Assembly: GCA_958296055.1 (NCBI GenBank)
Contig: CATQHS010000001.1
Location: 692,277 to 756,276, forward strand
Length of the DNA: 64,000 bases
Direction: 5' to 3'
From: an uncultured Acidimicrobiales bacterium
GTDB taxonomy: Bacteria; Actinomycetota; Acidimicrobiia; Acidimicrobiales; Aldehydirespiratoraceae
A program made the position numbers and the translations under genes. How positions within the stretch are numbered: the stretch's first letter is position 1; the number at the start of each line of letters is the position of its first letter. Below the pieces are notes generated by a model. The model was not told the DNA's origin. It made no database searches and was given only the letters and a program-made list of their open reading frames with translations. Positions 63,873 through 64,000 of this stretch are shown here, in pieces.

Positions 63873-64000
63873 ATGACCCGACCCGTGGCCCTCTACCTCC
63901 AGGACGCCCACCCCGTCGGCGAGTCCATCGAGCACGTGCGCTACGCCGAGGCCAAAGGATTCGAGGCGGTGTGGCAGGCCGACTGCCGGCTGGTGCGCGA
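63873..64000 (+). CDS. LLM-class (luciferase-like) flavin-dependent oxidoreductase; 5' part only, runs off the window
   Basis: Not in the ORF track because no stop lies inside the window. [42 protein letters not shown]... is typical of LLM N-termini. Confidence 0.55.
   Translation, partial: MTRPVALYLQDAHPVGESIEHVRYAEAKGFEAVWQADCRLVR

Overview
This window is a high-GC chromosomal segment of Actinomycetota type. Sampled lines are about 70% GC or higher; this is an estimate by eye, not a computed value.

Core genes. A long conserved minus-strand block runs ribF-truB-rbfA-infB-ylxR-nusA-rimP-ispG-(M50 protease)-dxr-cdsA-frr-pyrH-tsf-rpsB. It is followed by an M23 peptidase, pta, a TauABC-like ABC importer, tRNA-Glu, tRNA-Gln and gltX. 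Further right lie:
- a leu/ilv cluster (cimA-type synthase, ilvE, leuB, greA, leuC, leuD)
- an S9 peptidase, two aminotransferases (one is serC) and a fatty-acid/CoA gene set
- rsgA and a SUOX-fold molybdoenzyme
- a fused 2Fe-2S/Moco hydroxylase followed by an SsnA-like amidohydrolase

Accessory or unusual parts:
1. The left 4.7 kb is a compositionally foreign island just downstream of ribF. It carries a tightly coupled TGT-like (DpdA-type) + DGQHR (DndB/DpdB-type) + YaaA/DUF6884-like cassette, cut by the window edge, preceded by an AbiEii toxin and an atypical Zn-ribbon/wHTH partner. This is the best candidate for a new or variant DNA base-exchange or defence module.
2. Three RDD-family paralogues next to gltX sit beside a chimeric duplication scar.
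3. The tauA gene is tandemly duplicated with one truncated copy, and the tauB ATPase is fused to a membrane domain.
4. A 14-nt repeat array forms a chain of RTGA-coupled mini-ORFs that ends in the start codon of an acyl-CoA synthetase gene.
5. There is an orphan methyltransferase-like gene with a degenerate catalytic motif, and a solitary Fic gene.
6. A restriction-modification-like gene fragment abuts a DUF222-HNH (REP13E12-type) selfish gene across an AT-rich junction.

No rRNA, CRISPR array, integrase or transposase catalytic gene was seen. All calls rest on reading the translations and the sequence; no database search was run.
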